Below are positions 36,601 through 50,000 of a stretch of 64,000 bases of DNA, one piece after another. A program made the translations under genes and the position numbers. The notes beneath the pieces were generated by a model. It was not told the origin of the DNA. It saw only the letters and a program-made list of their open reading frames with translations, and did no database searches. Within the stretch, counting starts at the first letter, position 1, and the number at the start of each line of letters is the position of its first letter. The DNA is from Cenococcum geophilum (lineage: Eukaryota): contig CP158635.1 in assembly GCA_050273025.1 (NCBI GenBank), positions 1,302,001-1,366,000 on the forward strand, in the 5' to 3' direction.

Positions 36601-38610
36601 TCCTTTCTTAAATTGTCCGTAACGGTGTGCTTTCTTACTCGCTATCTTCCCGATCTAGGGCTTATATAGTAACCTTGCGGCCCATCCTTAATATCTTCCA
36701 ATTGGCCTTACGGAGCTCGTTAGTCCTATTATCCAAGTACTTCTTAAGCTCCGCTATCTTTGCCTTAGCCTCCTCTTTCGCATTAATAGCCTTATATGCG
36801 TAGTTATTTGCAAAACGCCATAGCATAGCAATCTGCTGTTCCAACGCCTTCCTTTATATTCCCTGGAGCCTCAGCTCCTCTATAAGTTTAGTTATAGGTA
36901 TCTCGGCTAGGCTTTAAGTAGTCGCGGCTGTAAACTCCCTTTTGGTCTCCATCTTAAAGTATATAGGGTTCTTATCGTCTTCCGATTATGCTATAAGACA
37001 GTCCTATTTACTCTTTATATTGTCTAAAAGCTCTATCTCGCCATAGTACGGTTAGAGCTCTGGCGGCTTAAGTATTACATCTACAGGTTCCTCGCAACCT
37101 GCCAGCGCTGGGTCAATAGCTATCTCTAGTGCACTAGGCCTTAATGCGCTCTTTCTTACTATAGTATCTCTTTGCTTCCTTAGGTAAGTCCTCTTACTAC
37201 TAAGATTGTAATTAGGGTGATCCTTTTAATCTAATTACCGCAGTCTCTTCTTTTAGCTGCTTAATCTACTGTCGCAATTGCCTACCTTAAGCAGGGCTTA
37301 GAGGGTCAGTTGGTCTGTAGTTATAGTAGTAGAACTGGCTACGCATTTAACCGTTAGACCTAGTATTATATCGCCTCTACAGGCCAATTAGGGTTGACCT
37401 TAGTCTAATATCACGGCTAGCTTCCTGTGGGAGCGGTCTGATAGATCAAGCAATAATAAGGGGCTATATTATGAATAGACTAAGGTAAGGGCTCGAAGAA
37501 AGGGGCGTGGTAGACGACTATGTACATATTCGGTCGTCGGGGCAACGTTAGGGCAACGTTGATCCGTGACCGACGACGCCTCGATGGTAGCTATGTAGAC
37601 GAACCGTCACAACTAGTGTAAGAAGGAAGGCTTTTCGAAGACGCAGGTAGTTGTGCTTAACTTCCTTATATAGCGAGACGCCGACACTAATAAACGCCTC
37701 TACCTACCTAATAAGCACATTATATGGCTCGATAACCTATTTATGTTAGTTCTACTTCTTAAACGACTTTAAGAGCTTAGAATTAGCGGCGCCGGAACAG
37801 CTTAATTAACTAAAATAAAGCGTAAGGAGCAGGAGGAGTAGGAGGAGCGTTAAGATAAGGAAATGCCTTCTAAAAATAGTAAATAAAAGGCACCTATTAA
37901 ATGAATTAACTCTAACCTCGCCGACCTTAAATTAATGCATTCCTCTTAAATTCTTTAGGGTATATTGTACGCAGAGCTTTTAAATAATCGTATAGTAATA
38001 GAATTTGCTTAAAAGGACGATTAGGTAGTCCTATTTATAAGTACTATTACTAATGGTAAGTTAATCTATTTTTTAAACCTCTATTCCCTAATAATGTTAT
38101 ATATTACTAGGTTTAGAATATACTAAACGCCTTTAATAACGGCTTGCTAAAACGGCTAATAGCGCTGCACAGGCTTAAAAGATATTTGGTAATGCTATAA
38201 GAAAGTAGCTATGGATTTAGCGCTTTATTAACTTCTATAATTGCTTTATAAAGGGCGTTGATACTACTAACCAAATAAAGTCTTATTACGCCTCTCTTAA
38301 GAGGCACCGGAGAACCTAGAAACCGCTATTCCACTTCTTACTTAATATAATCGTCACTAACTACTTTAAGATATCCTCCTTTGCCAATAGAGGCTGGCCA
38401 AATTACGCTGGTTATAAAGCCTTTGTTAAACGACTCGTTAACTCCCTCTTTAAGCACTTAATTCAACCCCACCGAACTTATAATTCATAGGTCCCTATAG
38501 ACCAAATATAATGGCGTCTAGCTATATACCATAAGTATAAGCTAGAGAGGATAAACGGCGAACCTATCTCTTATTCGGCGTGCTTAAAAGTAAAAAGAAA
38601 AAACTTTTAC
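30673..38610 (+). pseudogene. RIPed piggyBac-like transposase (DDE_Tnp_1_7) interrupted by Gypsy D; termini not resolved
   Basis: FKLF.TDELL, YLAVLIYIGL..KDYW, LTVDETIERF, NIPTKLTPEGFK, WLDNLF and FYNCFIKGVD motifs; probable intron at 38056-38110. Confidence 0.85.
31446..37611 (-). mobile_element. Gypsy chromovirus D, full length, RIPed
   Basis: 203-bp LTRs at 31446-31648 and 37409-37611; TSD ACTAG; PPT at 31649-31660; RT AYIDNIL at ~34195; chromodomain at ~31850-31985. Confidence 0.95.
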
Positions 38611-39460
38611 CGCACATGCAACCTTATTAAAAGGTAGCGCCGCACTTTAAAACTTACGCATACCTATCTTCCTACCAAAAACAATTGATTTTTCAACTTT
38701 TAAGACCTAATCCCTACTGCCTAGCGAGCTAGAGGTGGATTTATCTACCCTTTTACCCCCTTTTCCTAAGAGAAAATTTTTCCTAAGGTGGTCCTAGCTT
38801 ATAAGCGAATATAGGCAAGATAGGGATAGGAATACCAAAACCAAAAAATAGACTTTTCCTAGGTTTTTCTTTTAATAAAGCAAAAGCCTTATAAAATAGG
38901 AGGTGTAGGTACTTTTCTATATTTCCTTAAGTTAGATTTTCTTTAGTAAGAGAAGGGTTTCCTTTTTAGGCTTTTCTGCTAGTAAAAGCCTAATAAGTCC
39001 TTTTTTTAAGTAGTTTTTTCTACTTCTAATAGAGAAGAAAATAACCATTATAGTCTTTTTACCGAGTTTTTCTACTACCTTTTAGTCTAATTTCCCCAGA
39101 AACTCTCTAGTAGGGTTAGTAAGGAAAAAGGATATAGAAGGACAGTAAAAACTAGGAAGGCTTTTTACCTAGTATTTTACCACTATACTAAGAGATAAGA
39201 GACCTAAGGAGGTTATTATCTACTGAAAAAACTAAGAACCCCCCCTATAAGATGGTAAGGCCTACTAGGCCTAAACAAAGGCCTCCTAAAGGTGGAAATA
39301 TAGAGACAAGCAATAACGAACTCTCATCTACTTCTTCTTCTTCCCTTTCGTCTTCCCCCTGCCCTTCTAGGAAAGATGTAGGAAAAAAGAATATAAGAAA
39401 AAGACAATATACACAATCTCCTTCTATAAAAGAGAGCTAAAACTAAAGAAGGATACTAAT
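38610..39460 (+). other. Unclassified RIPed repeat fragment with a basic/Ser-rich ORF start
   Basis: RIP-type composition; ORF 39252-39440 (MVRPTRPKQRPP...SSSS); no diagnostic motif recognised. Confidence 0.25.
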
Positions 39461-41085
39461 ACCTAAACCTATTACGGCTATTAAGAAATACAAGTTCTTT
39501 ATAAAGAAGACCGATTTTGTTAAATTTATTATTAAATTAGGTTATATTAGTATAAACCTAAAAAATATTAAAGCTATAGTAAGTTAGTAAGAACCGGAGA
39601 ATGTAACGTAGTTAAGGTTATTTTTAGGGTTTTGCAACTACTATAGAAGGTTTATAGTATATTAGTTAAAGAATATTAAACCGTTTACTAGGCTTACTAA
39701 GAAAGAGAAACTATAGATTTAGGGAAATAAGTAAAGAAAGTTATTTAAGAAACTTAAGGAGTTATTTACCTAGGAGCTAATTCTTAGGATTTATTAACTA
39801 GGACTAAACATAGTTATAAAAATAGATATATTAGACTTTATACTAAGAGTATATTTACTATAAAGGTACGAGAATATATAGAACCTAATAGCGTACTATA
39901 GTTAGAAGATAATACTACTGGAATTAAACTACAACATTTATAACAAAGAGTTGTTAGGTATAATTACAGCACTTAAGAAATAGAGAGCATTCTTATAAGG
40001 CGTAGAAAAACTATTTATAGTTAAGGTGGATTATAAGAACCTAACGGGGTTCCTAATAATAAAAGAACTTAATTAGAGATAAGTTAAATAGGCAGAGATG
40101 CTTATAGAATACTATTTTAAAATTTAGTATACTAAAGAAACTAAAAATACAAGAGCGGATGTACTAAGTAGAAAGGCTAAATTATAGAACAATAAGAAAC
40201 TATTAGGAGTAATACTACGTAGAGATAATAACGGATTAATTAGATATAATTACCCTAAACTAGTAGTAACCTAAAAGGATAAAAAATTAAAAAGAGTCTA
40301 TAAGATACTAGAAAGCTTTTAGATATAGAAAATCCTAAAAATATAGCTAAAAGATTTATAGATAGATACGTACGAGAACTAAGAAGTAAAGTATATCCTA
40401 AAAAGTATTACAAAGCATTTTATAAAAGATTTCTATAAGGGAATAACTTAAGGACATAACAAAGTAATAGGCTTAGTATTAAGACTTTAGGAAGAATATA
40501 TTATTAATAGAATCTAGGGCATAGCTAGAAAAGTAATAAAAGAGTATTTAGATTGCTAAAGAAATAAATTAATAAGGTATAAGCTATATAAAGGGCTATA
40601 ACCTATTAAAATACTCTAGAGACTATAGGAGGTTATATTATAGGACTTTATTATTAAGTTACTAAGTTAAGAGATTCTATTACTAAATAGGAGTATAATG
40701 TAATCCTAGTAATAGTGGACAAGTTAACTAAATACGGCTACTTTATAACATGTATAGAAAAAATCTTAGCAGAAGATATTACTGAAATCTATATTAAGGA
40801 AGTGTTTATAAGATATAGAGCACTAAGTAAAATTATATTAAACAGATATCTAAGATTTATAGTAGTATTTTAGGAGGTATTTTTAGCGGAATAAGGAGTT
40901 AGAGCAGCAACTTCTACTATATATTACCCGCAGACGGATAAATAAATAAAAGGATTAAATTAGACGCTAGAATAGCATTTAAGGCACTATATTAATTATA
41001 TATAGAATAATTAGGTATTATTATTACTAGTTATATAGTTTATATATAATATAATACTATAGAAAGGAATAGACATATTAATATT

Positions 41086-44000
41086 ATTATTATTCATTAC
41101 TTAACGTCCGATTCGGATCCCTATTGGGCCCACGCGGACTACTCCTTATATATATATGGGGAGAAAACTCTATTTAAGAAAACCCCATAATCTATCTCCC
41201 CGCCTTTTAGGACTCGCCTATAAGGCGCCTACGAGGCGCCTGCGAGTTACCTATAGTGCTCTACTACCTTACTTTTTAACCTCCTTAGGAACTACTACTG
41301 CCGTAATAAGCCTACGGACGCGGTAGTATTATAAACTTTACTCTACCACTATAGAGTTATTAGGGGGCGCCCGTTACTCGCCCCCCCCACTCTTTATTAC
41401 TATTTCCTTTATAACCTAGAACTAGTTTAGTATATTTTAGCTAATAAGCCACTAGGTAACCGCCTTAAGGCCTTTTTATATTAAGAGCAGTATATTATAG
41501 TTCTCTATACTAGCTACTAAGAGCATTACTTCTTAGTTAGTGCGTAAGGGGCATAATAGTATTATATGTTTTAGTATCTGTCTTAGCCAGCCACATTTAT
41601 ATCTTAGGCTACCTACTAAAACACCCACCCAGTAGAGCCAGTCTTTTAGTCCTATTATTCCTATTCTTAAGAGTATTGCCATTATATTTTCTGCCTTTAT
41701 TAGGCCTTCTCAAAGCCCTAAAGTGTTTACCCCCTATAGCGTTAACTATGCTACGGCTTAGGTTCCTCTTGCCTTAGTCAGCCTCTATACCTTTAACTCC
41801 CATACACCTCTCTAGTATTAGTTTAGCCAGTGTTATATTATAGTAGATGGTTTCCTAGCATTCTTTTATACTCTACTTTTACTCCTTTTTCTCTCTTGCT
41901 ATTATCTTTACTAGCCTCTTATGCGTCTCCCTTCCTCCTCTATATAGGCCTAGGCCCTAAAGCAGTACTATTCTTCTTCTACTTTCTTTACCTGTTTCTC
42001 TAATATATCTTCCCTACTTTGGGGTTATTAGTTTATTCTCCTATAGGGCGCCCTAGGGTCCCTCTATAGTTTATTTAGGCGTGTCTTAATATACTTTATA
42101 ATATTAAAGTTATGTTTATTTTACGCCCTTTATATTATAGCGGCTTTAATATATAGTTATAGGGGGGGAATATTGGCTTCCTTTTTAAGTAGTACTGTGG
42201 CCGTTCGCTTATATCCGCCTATTATACTCTAAAGGTAGGCTATTTGGACCTTTTAGAGTGGTTTAAGGAGCGATTTAGGGGGGCCTTTTTTAGATTCTCC
42301 AATGGCCCAAATACTGGACCTATACGTTATGGTTAGCCGGATAACTACTATATATAGTAGGCGTAACCTCTAGAAGCATAGACCCCATATAGAATTAACG
42401 ATCCTAGATAATGCGATATACTATACTTAGCCCTTATAGGCCGCTTGCGCCGTATATACGCTCTACTAGAGCTTACTGTCTACCTATACTCCTAATACCC
42501 TTAGACCCTAAACTAGTTAACCCCTAAAGCGTTAGATGCGAATTATATGCTAAAGATCTGCAGATTGGTTGCGTTTTCTTATAAAGTAGATTAGCTGGTA
42601 TTTCTCTGGTAAGAATTGGACTCTATATTGTCTTGCCTATTCTATATAAGTGTTATAAGCTTTCTCTAGTGTTCTGCAATTTTCTGCGGCTATTGGCCCG
42701 TATATAATTAGGTTTATATTATTAATAAAGCCTATCCCCTAGGTCGCCCCTTTCTTAAAGGAGTTAAGTAGGTTACTTATAAAGAAAAGGAAGAGTATAG
42801 GCGAGAGGGGTAATCCTTATGGTATTCCTATTGCAACTATAATAGGGGGGCTCTAGTATCCGCTAAAGACTAGTAATATTTCTTTCTAACCTATAAACCC
42901 TTAAACAAATTGTATAATCCATTCTAGGAAGCCTTTTACCCTAAGGATATATAGGAGACGCTTATGGGGTACATTATTATAGGCGCCGCTAATATCTAGG
43001 CTAAGCATTAATACTATAAAGTCCCTTCGCATCGCCTATGCGGATTTAATGGTGGCAGCGAGTAGCGTAAGTACTAATAGTGTTAAGCGGTTCTTTCTTG
43101 CCCCCATTTAGCTTTATAGTAGTAGATTGTATTCCTTAGCCATATCTGCTATATAGTCCGCTATTACCTTTTCTAAGATCTTACTAAGGGTGTTTTCTAA
43201 GGCAATAGGGCGGTAGCTTCTTAGGATTAAGTAATCTGCTTTACCTTCTTTCTATAGAATAACTGTCGTTATAGCTCTTCCGAGTTGTGGGTAGTAGCCT
43301 ATAGTAAAGTATACCCTAGCTATATCTACAAGCTAGGGTGCTATAAGTGGTCCACAGGTTTTTAAGGCCTTATTTAGAATCCTATCTGGTCCTAGTGCTG
43401 TGTTATTTAAAGAGCGGCTAATAGTTCTGGCCATTTCCTCTATTGTTATATCGCTGTCGACCCTTAGGCAAGTCACTAGTGTTTTACCCGTAATATTGCT
43501 GAGGTCTACTAGAGCTAGTTAGGGGAAGAACCTTTCTATAAGGATCTTTGCCTTCTTATCGTTATTATTAGTGGCCTATAATTCCCCTGCTCTTTATAGG
43601 GGTAGTAGGTATAAGTCTTCTACTAGGCGCCCTACCTTTTTCTTTACCTATTTTGCTATAGCCTAAAGGCCCTTATTATAGGGGAGGCTTAGGTTAAAAG
43701 TGTGCTTATTTATAAACCGTCTCCAGTTATTCCTTACTTCTTTCTTTAGGGTATTCTTTAACTAGTTTCTTATATCTTTATATTATCTCTCATCTTTAGA
43801 GTTATAGCTACTTATATATTTCCTTCTTACTTATTATTAGCTAGTAATAAAAACCGCGCATTATGCGGACTATACGTGTCGCGCGTAGGGGCCCGGTTTT
43901 AAGACCGGGCAGTACTCTTTTAGCCTATTTTTAATCGCTGCCTAGATCCTTTCTAGTCTTTAGTTAATTTCCTTAGGGGTAGCTAATAAGCCTCGCTTAT

Positions 44001-47000
44001 TTAGAATTAGGTGGATTTCTTCTAGGTTTTAGAGTTGTTATTTAACTATATTAAGGAAACTATCTATTTTAAGCTTCCTTATTATATATCTTTTACTACT
44101 TAGTTGCGCCTTAATATCCAAATCTAGCTATATTTAGATGGGGATATAGTCTAAGGCGAGTGCCTATTCTTCTTTAGGGTTATACCTTTTAAGTCTCTAG
44201 TATAGGCCTTCGTCTATAAATATAAGGTCAATTATACTTCTAGAGGTTCCTCATTGCTATATAGTTGCTCCTAGGGGGGTAGCCAACTTAAAGCCCTAGG
44301 TGTCTATAGCTCTTAGTAGGCACTTTACCTATTAATCAATAGCAATATAGATACCCCCCTACCGCGGGTAGTGGAGGTTTATATCTCCTAGTAGGATAGA
44401 CTCTATACCTTTAATTTCTAGCAAGCTTATTACTAATATAATATTCTCTATTTATAGGACCCCTTTAACCATAAGGTTATACACATTAATAATTTATACC
44501 GGTCCCCTATATATCTAAATTATTATAACTGCAATATCTAGGTTAACTGCCTGCTATAACTATAAGGATAGGCTAATAGCCTTACTAATTATAAAGCACA
44601 TATATATAGCTGCTTTTGGTTTATATAGGAGCTAGAATCCTTAGGGGCAGTATATTAATTATATATAGGTATTGTAGTACGGCTCTTATATAGTAAGGAT
44701 ATAGTATTTCTCTAGGTCTAGACCGTCTAGTAAAGGCCTTATAAGACGGTGGTTTATGTTGCCGCAGTTATACTATATAATGAATAGGTAGCGGACCCCT
44801 AGCGAGGGTCCTTCGCCTTTCCTTTGTTCCTTGCTTCTTCTATTTTTACTTTCTCTAGAATATTTAGAACTTCTGTCTCTTATATCTATACCCTAGTTAC
44901 TACTTATTTTATATAGAGCTTTCTATTCCTATATCTTGTGTTCCTACTAGCGCTTCTATATCTAAATCTATTATTATCTCCAGTTTCTTCCCTATTCTTA
45001 CTAGCTATCTATATGCCCTTTATAGGTCGGCTATAAATATTATATTTACCGCGTTAAATCTAATTCTTAATTGTCCTGGTTTTAAGCTTACTATAGCTGT
45101 CTATAGGGGTCTTCCTATAGGGCGTCCTCTCCCTTATATCCCCTATAACCCTTATATCCCTATACAGTCTAGTAATATCGCGCGGCGCCGCTTCTGGCCC
45201 ATTAAGGCTTAGGATGGCTAGCCTAGCCCCCTAGTACTAAAGGTAGGAAACGCTAGGAAGGCACCTATATCCCCCTAGCTTATTACCTGTTATTTCCATT
45301 CGTATAACCTAGCGTATAGTTATTCCCGTAGCTATTAAGCCCTTACCTTCTACCTCCTGTATTTAATACAGTCTTCTCTCTCTTACGCCTTATATATGTT
45401 ACGGCACTGGCAGAACTTGGTAGAACTTGGCAGAACTTGGTAGAACTTGACTGGCAGAACTTGGCAGAACTTGACTGGCAGAACTTGGTAGAACTTCGCG
45501 GTTACGTGACTAGAGGACCGTATAAAAGAACCCTACTTTGACCGGCGCTGCTCTTCTTCTCCTTTCCTTTCTCTAGCTTTAGATCCTTGTTTATAGACTA
45601 CCAATCGTATAGGCTTGCGCGTCCCTCTTGCCGTGCTCGTGCCTTAATTAACTGAGTCGTTAATATTATCTAAAGCTTAACTACCCTTTCTTCCTAAGAA
45701 GGAACTTAAATATATTTACGGACCACGAACCAGAACAGAACATAGAATTAGACCTAAAGAATATTACTAGAACCAGAAGAATAGAAAAGAATAATAAGAC
45801 CTATAGAATACGTATAGACTAGAACCCCTGCAGAATCCTACTAAAGGTTACCCTAATAACTATACCATGATGCCAAGAAATACAGCAGCCGGCAAAGCAG
45901 CCGTAGGACCCTTAAATACCTCCAATGGTGAAACAGTAACTGACTCGAACTCCCAAGTGGAGCTTGCAGCAGCTAATGCCGAAATTAAATAACTTTGAGA
46001 GCTGCTTAAAGCCAGAGAACCCCCTACGCCTAGCAAGGAATTATTAGACACCTAGAGACTTGCTATAGTCCTTAAGGCTCTAGCCTAATGTATAGTATTA
46101 GTATTGTTGCGGTCCGCAAAGGTCGTGGACCCCCCGTTGCTTATAGACGGAACCGACCCTACATTTAACAATTAGAAGCTTTAATTGCAGGATAAGCTTA
46201 AAGTCAATGCGGACCACTTCCCTACTACTTAGGCTAAAATGGCCTACGTCTTTGGCCGTACCGGCGGGGACGCACAGACGCACCTACGTCCGCGGTATGC
46301 ATAGGACTCGGCAGAGCCCTTCCTCTCTAAAGAAGAGATGATTATCTACCTGTCTTCTATTTATAAGGACCCCTTTAAAGTATAAAACGCCCGACTTAAT
46401 TATAAAAGCCTAAATATAAAAACGATAGAGACCTTCTCGGCCTTTTAGACCCGCTTTCTGCACCTAGCCAGCTAGGCTCGAATTCCCCAGAAAGATTTAA
46501 TGCTAGACCTATTTAATAAGCTTACCCTAGACCTATAGTAAGCCGTACTGCTAGTTTTTACTACTATATAGACGCTAAAGGAACTTACGGACTAGTGCTT
46601 AGCTATCGACTAAGGCCTCCGCCGAATTAAGGTATATGCTGAATAGTATAAAGCCAGAAACCCTTTAAATCAGACTATAAGCAATATAAGAACGGCCCGT
46701 AATGCCCCAGCACGATTGGCAACCCCCGCAGCACCACCCGTACAGCCTACCGCCAATTTAGCAGCTAGCCGTGCGGCCAGCCCTGCTATAGGTCCGGCGA
46801 ATGCTCGGCCTACGTATAGCAACCCCCGTATATAGGCCCTTAGTGATTAAGGAGCTTGCTTTTCTTGCGGATAGAAAGGTTACCGTATAAAGGATTGCCC
46901 AATAAACGCGAAAGCGGACAAGGTTCTATTAATCTAGGAGGATAGCGCGGAGTCGGAAAAAGAGGAACCCTAGAGGAAGACTCCTCTCTAGGGTTAAAAG

Positions 47001-50000
47001 GGATTAACATGTCAGATATTAATCTGGGTCGGCTAGTTAGTAGAAGAAGCTACATTATCCCTTATACTTTATTCTGTAATAGATACTAAGTTTTAACCTT
47101 TACTTTAGCTAACTTTGGAGTAAATACCTTTGCCTTAATAAATACCTAGTGTGCCATAAAGCTGGCTGACTTCCTAAATGCACCTATCAAAGAACTGCCC
47201 AAACTAATTCCTATCCGCGGGTATAATGGGCGGATAGGACCACCCATTACAACTATCTTGCGGATTCACCTCCGTGTTAACGGACGAAGGTAGTATAACG
47301 CCCCCTTTCTTATTACGGACCTAGGTAGCCACAATATAATCTTAGGGCGAAAATGGCTAGCCTATTTAGGCTTATAGCTCGACATACGGAGTAAACGGCT
47401 TACCTGGCCCAAAACCCTACCCCTAACCCCTTCCTTTATAAAAGAAATCAGCATTATAATAGAAAACCTCGTACGGCCCTAGATTAATACTATTTACTAG
47501 GCCAATGCTATGCGTAGGGACTAGGCCTTTAAGAAAGATGTACAGCTTAATTCGTAACGGATCCGTATACTACGTCGCCCCCAGACTACCTATGTTACGC
47601 CACCCGTATTAAAGACCTAGGAAGTTAGTAGTAACCCAGAAAAGCCCCCCATGGAGAGCTTAAGCCCTATGTAGCCACGAAGAACAGCAAGGGATGTCGG
47701 ACGTTACACTGAACTAATAGATTAAAGGGATAACCTGCGGAAGATGGAATAGGAGCTAAGAAAGATTATAAACCCTAGACCGCAAAATACGGTCCGGAAA
47801 ACGGCTATAAGGAAACCAGCGGACCTCCCACTAGTTAATGTCTGCTATATTAGTGCCGTAGGATTCTACTAGAACTTGGTTCAGCCTAATACCGTCGCCT
47901 TTATAACAAGCTTATACGAAATTAATTAAATAATTAAGGAAAAGGGAAACAAGCTTAGCGGACAAGAAAGCGAGCTTATAGATAAGAAACTAGTAAAACA
48001 AAAGCTGCCCTATTGATACTAGAAATTCAAGGACGTATTCTCTAAAGCAGCGTCTAATATACTTCCACCTTACCAACTATATAACTATAAGATTGAGATT
48101 AAGCAGGGCAAAGAAAACACCCTTAGCTTTAGCCCCCTCTACGAGCAGTCTATTACCAAATTATAGGCTATAAAGTAGTATCTTATTAATAACCTAAATA
48201 AGGGCTTTATTAAGCCTAGCCAAGCCCCTTTCGCCTCGCCTATTCTCTTTATTAAAAAGCCAAATAGAGGACTCCGCTTCTGCATTAACTACTATAAGCT
48301 AAATAATATAACCCGCAAGGATCGCTATCTGCTGCCTCTACTTAATAAGACTCTAGCCCGAATAAGTAGAGCTAAGGTCTTTATAAAGCTTAATATCCGC
48401 TAGGCCTTCTACCGAATTAGGATGGACCCCGGGTCTAAAGATCTTACTACGTTTTAGACCTATTACGGAACATATAAATATAAAGTGCTCCCTTTTAGAC
48501 TGACTAACGGACTAGCTACGTACCAGCGGTATATAAATAATGTACTCTTTAACTACCTTAACGATTTCTGTATGGCCTATTTGGATGATATTATAATCTA
48601 CTCTAAGAACGAGCTAGAATACGAGGAGCACGTCTATAAAGTCCTATAACGGCTCCGCGAGGCTGGCCTCTAGGTTGACATTAAGAAGTTAAAGTTTAGT
48701 GTTAAGCGTATAAAGTACCTAGGTTTTATTATTAGTATAGACGGAATTAAAACCGACCTAGAGAAAACGGCCGTAATTAACTAGTGGGTACCTTTACGGA
48801 CCGTAAAGGGGGTACAATCCTTTTTAGGGTTTTGTAACTTCTACCGACGCTTTATTAAAAACTACAGTAGGATTGCCCGGCCTCTTAACCGTCTTACTAG
48901 AAAAGACCAGCCCTTCTACTTTAACGCTATATATAGGCAGGCCTTTAATGAGCTTAAGAAACGGCTAGTATCGGCTCCCCTACTTGCCCATTTTGACCCG
49001 GAACGGCCCTTAATGCTAGAAACTGATGCCTTAAACGGCGCGATAGCTGGTGTTTTTTCCCAGAAGTAACCGGACGGAGAGTGGCACCCTATTATATACT
49101 ATTTGAAGACTATAATAGATGCCAAGCTAAATTACCACATCTATAACAAAGAAATGCTGGCTATTATCTCTAGCTTTTAGCACTGGCGTGCACAGCTAGA
49201 GGGGACCCCTAAGCCGATTAAGGTAGTTTTAGATTATAAGGCCCTAGAATACTTCATAATAACTAAGGCCCTTACGGCCCAGCAGGTACGCTAGGCGGAT
49301 ACCCTATCTTAGTTTAACTTCTTAATTATATATAGATTAGGCGCTATAAACCGTGCGGACGCTCTTATAAGGCGCGAGTAAGACCTAGATAACTAGACGG
49401 CTGCGAAGATCTTACTACGGACCTAGACGCTACTATAACCAGAATACCTTGACCCCTGGATACGGGCAGAACTAAGTATAGACTTCTTAGGCGCCGAGAT
49501 ATGTCCTATTAACTCCTCCGAACTTAACCTTATTAATAAACTACTATAGGCTAACCGAATAACCCCCTCTTTATAGGAATACTATAAAAAGGTAAAGAAC
49601 GTTACTAGCCTATAGTCCCTCGAAAACGGACTACTTAAGCACTAGGAATGGCTAGTAGTAGCTAAGGAACAGAACTTACGGACCTGGCTTATTGCCGAAG
49701 CTTATACCTAGGTCTCTACGGCCTACCCTAGAAAAAATAAGACCCGTAAGATTATTGGTAACCGCTACTACTGGCCCGGAATGGTTATAGATATTAACCG
49801 TTATATACGGAACTGCGACAGCTGCCATAGATCTATAATTCTACGAGATAAGACCCCAGGACTATTAAAACCTCTCCCGATACCCGACTGCCCCTAATAG
49901 CATATCTCTATAGACTTCTATGAGCTACCAACAGACCGCGACGGATATGATATGGTTATAATTCTAGTTAACCGCTTTAGCAAGCGCCCGTTCTTAATTC

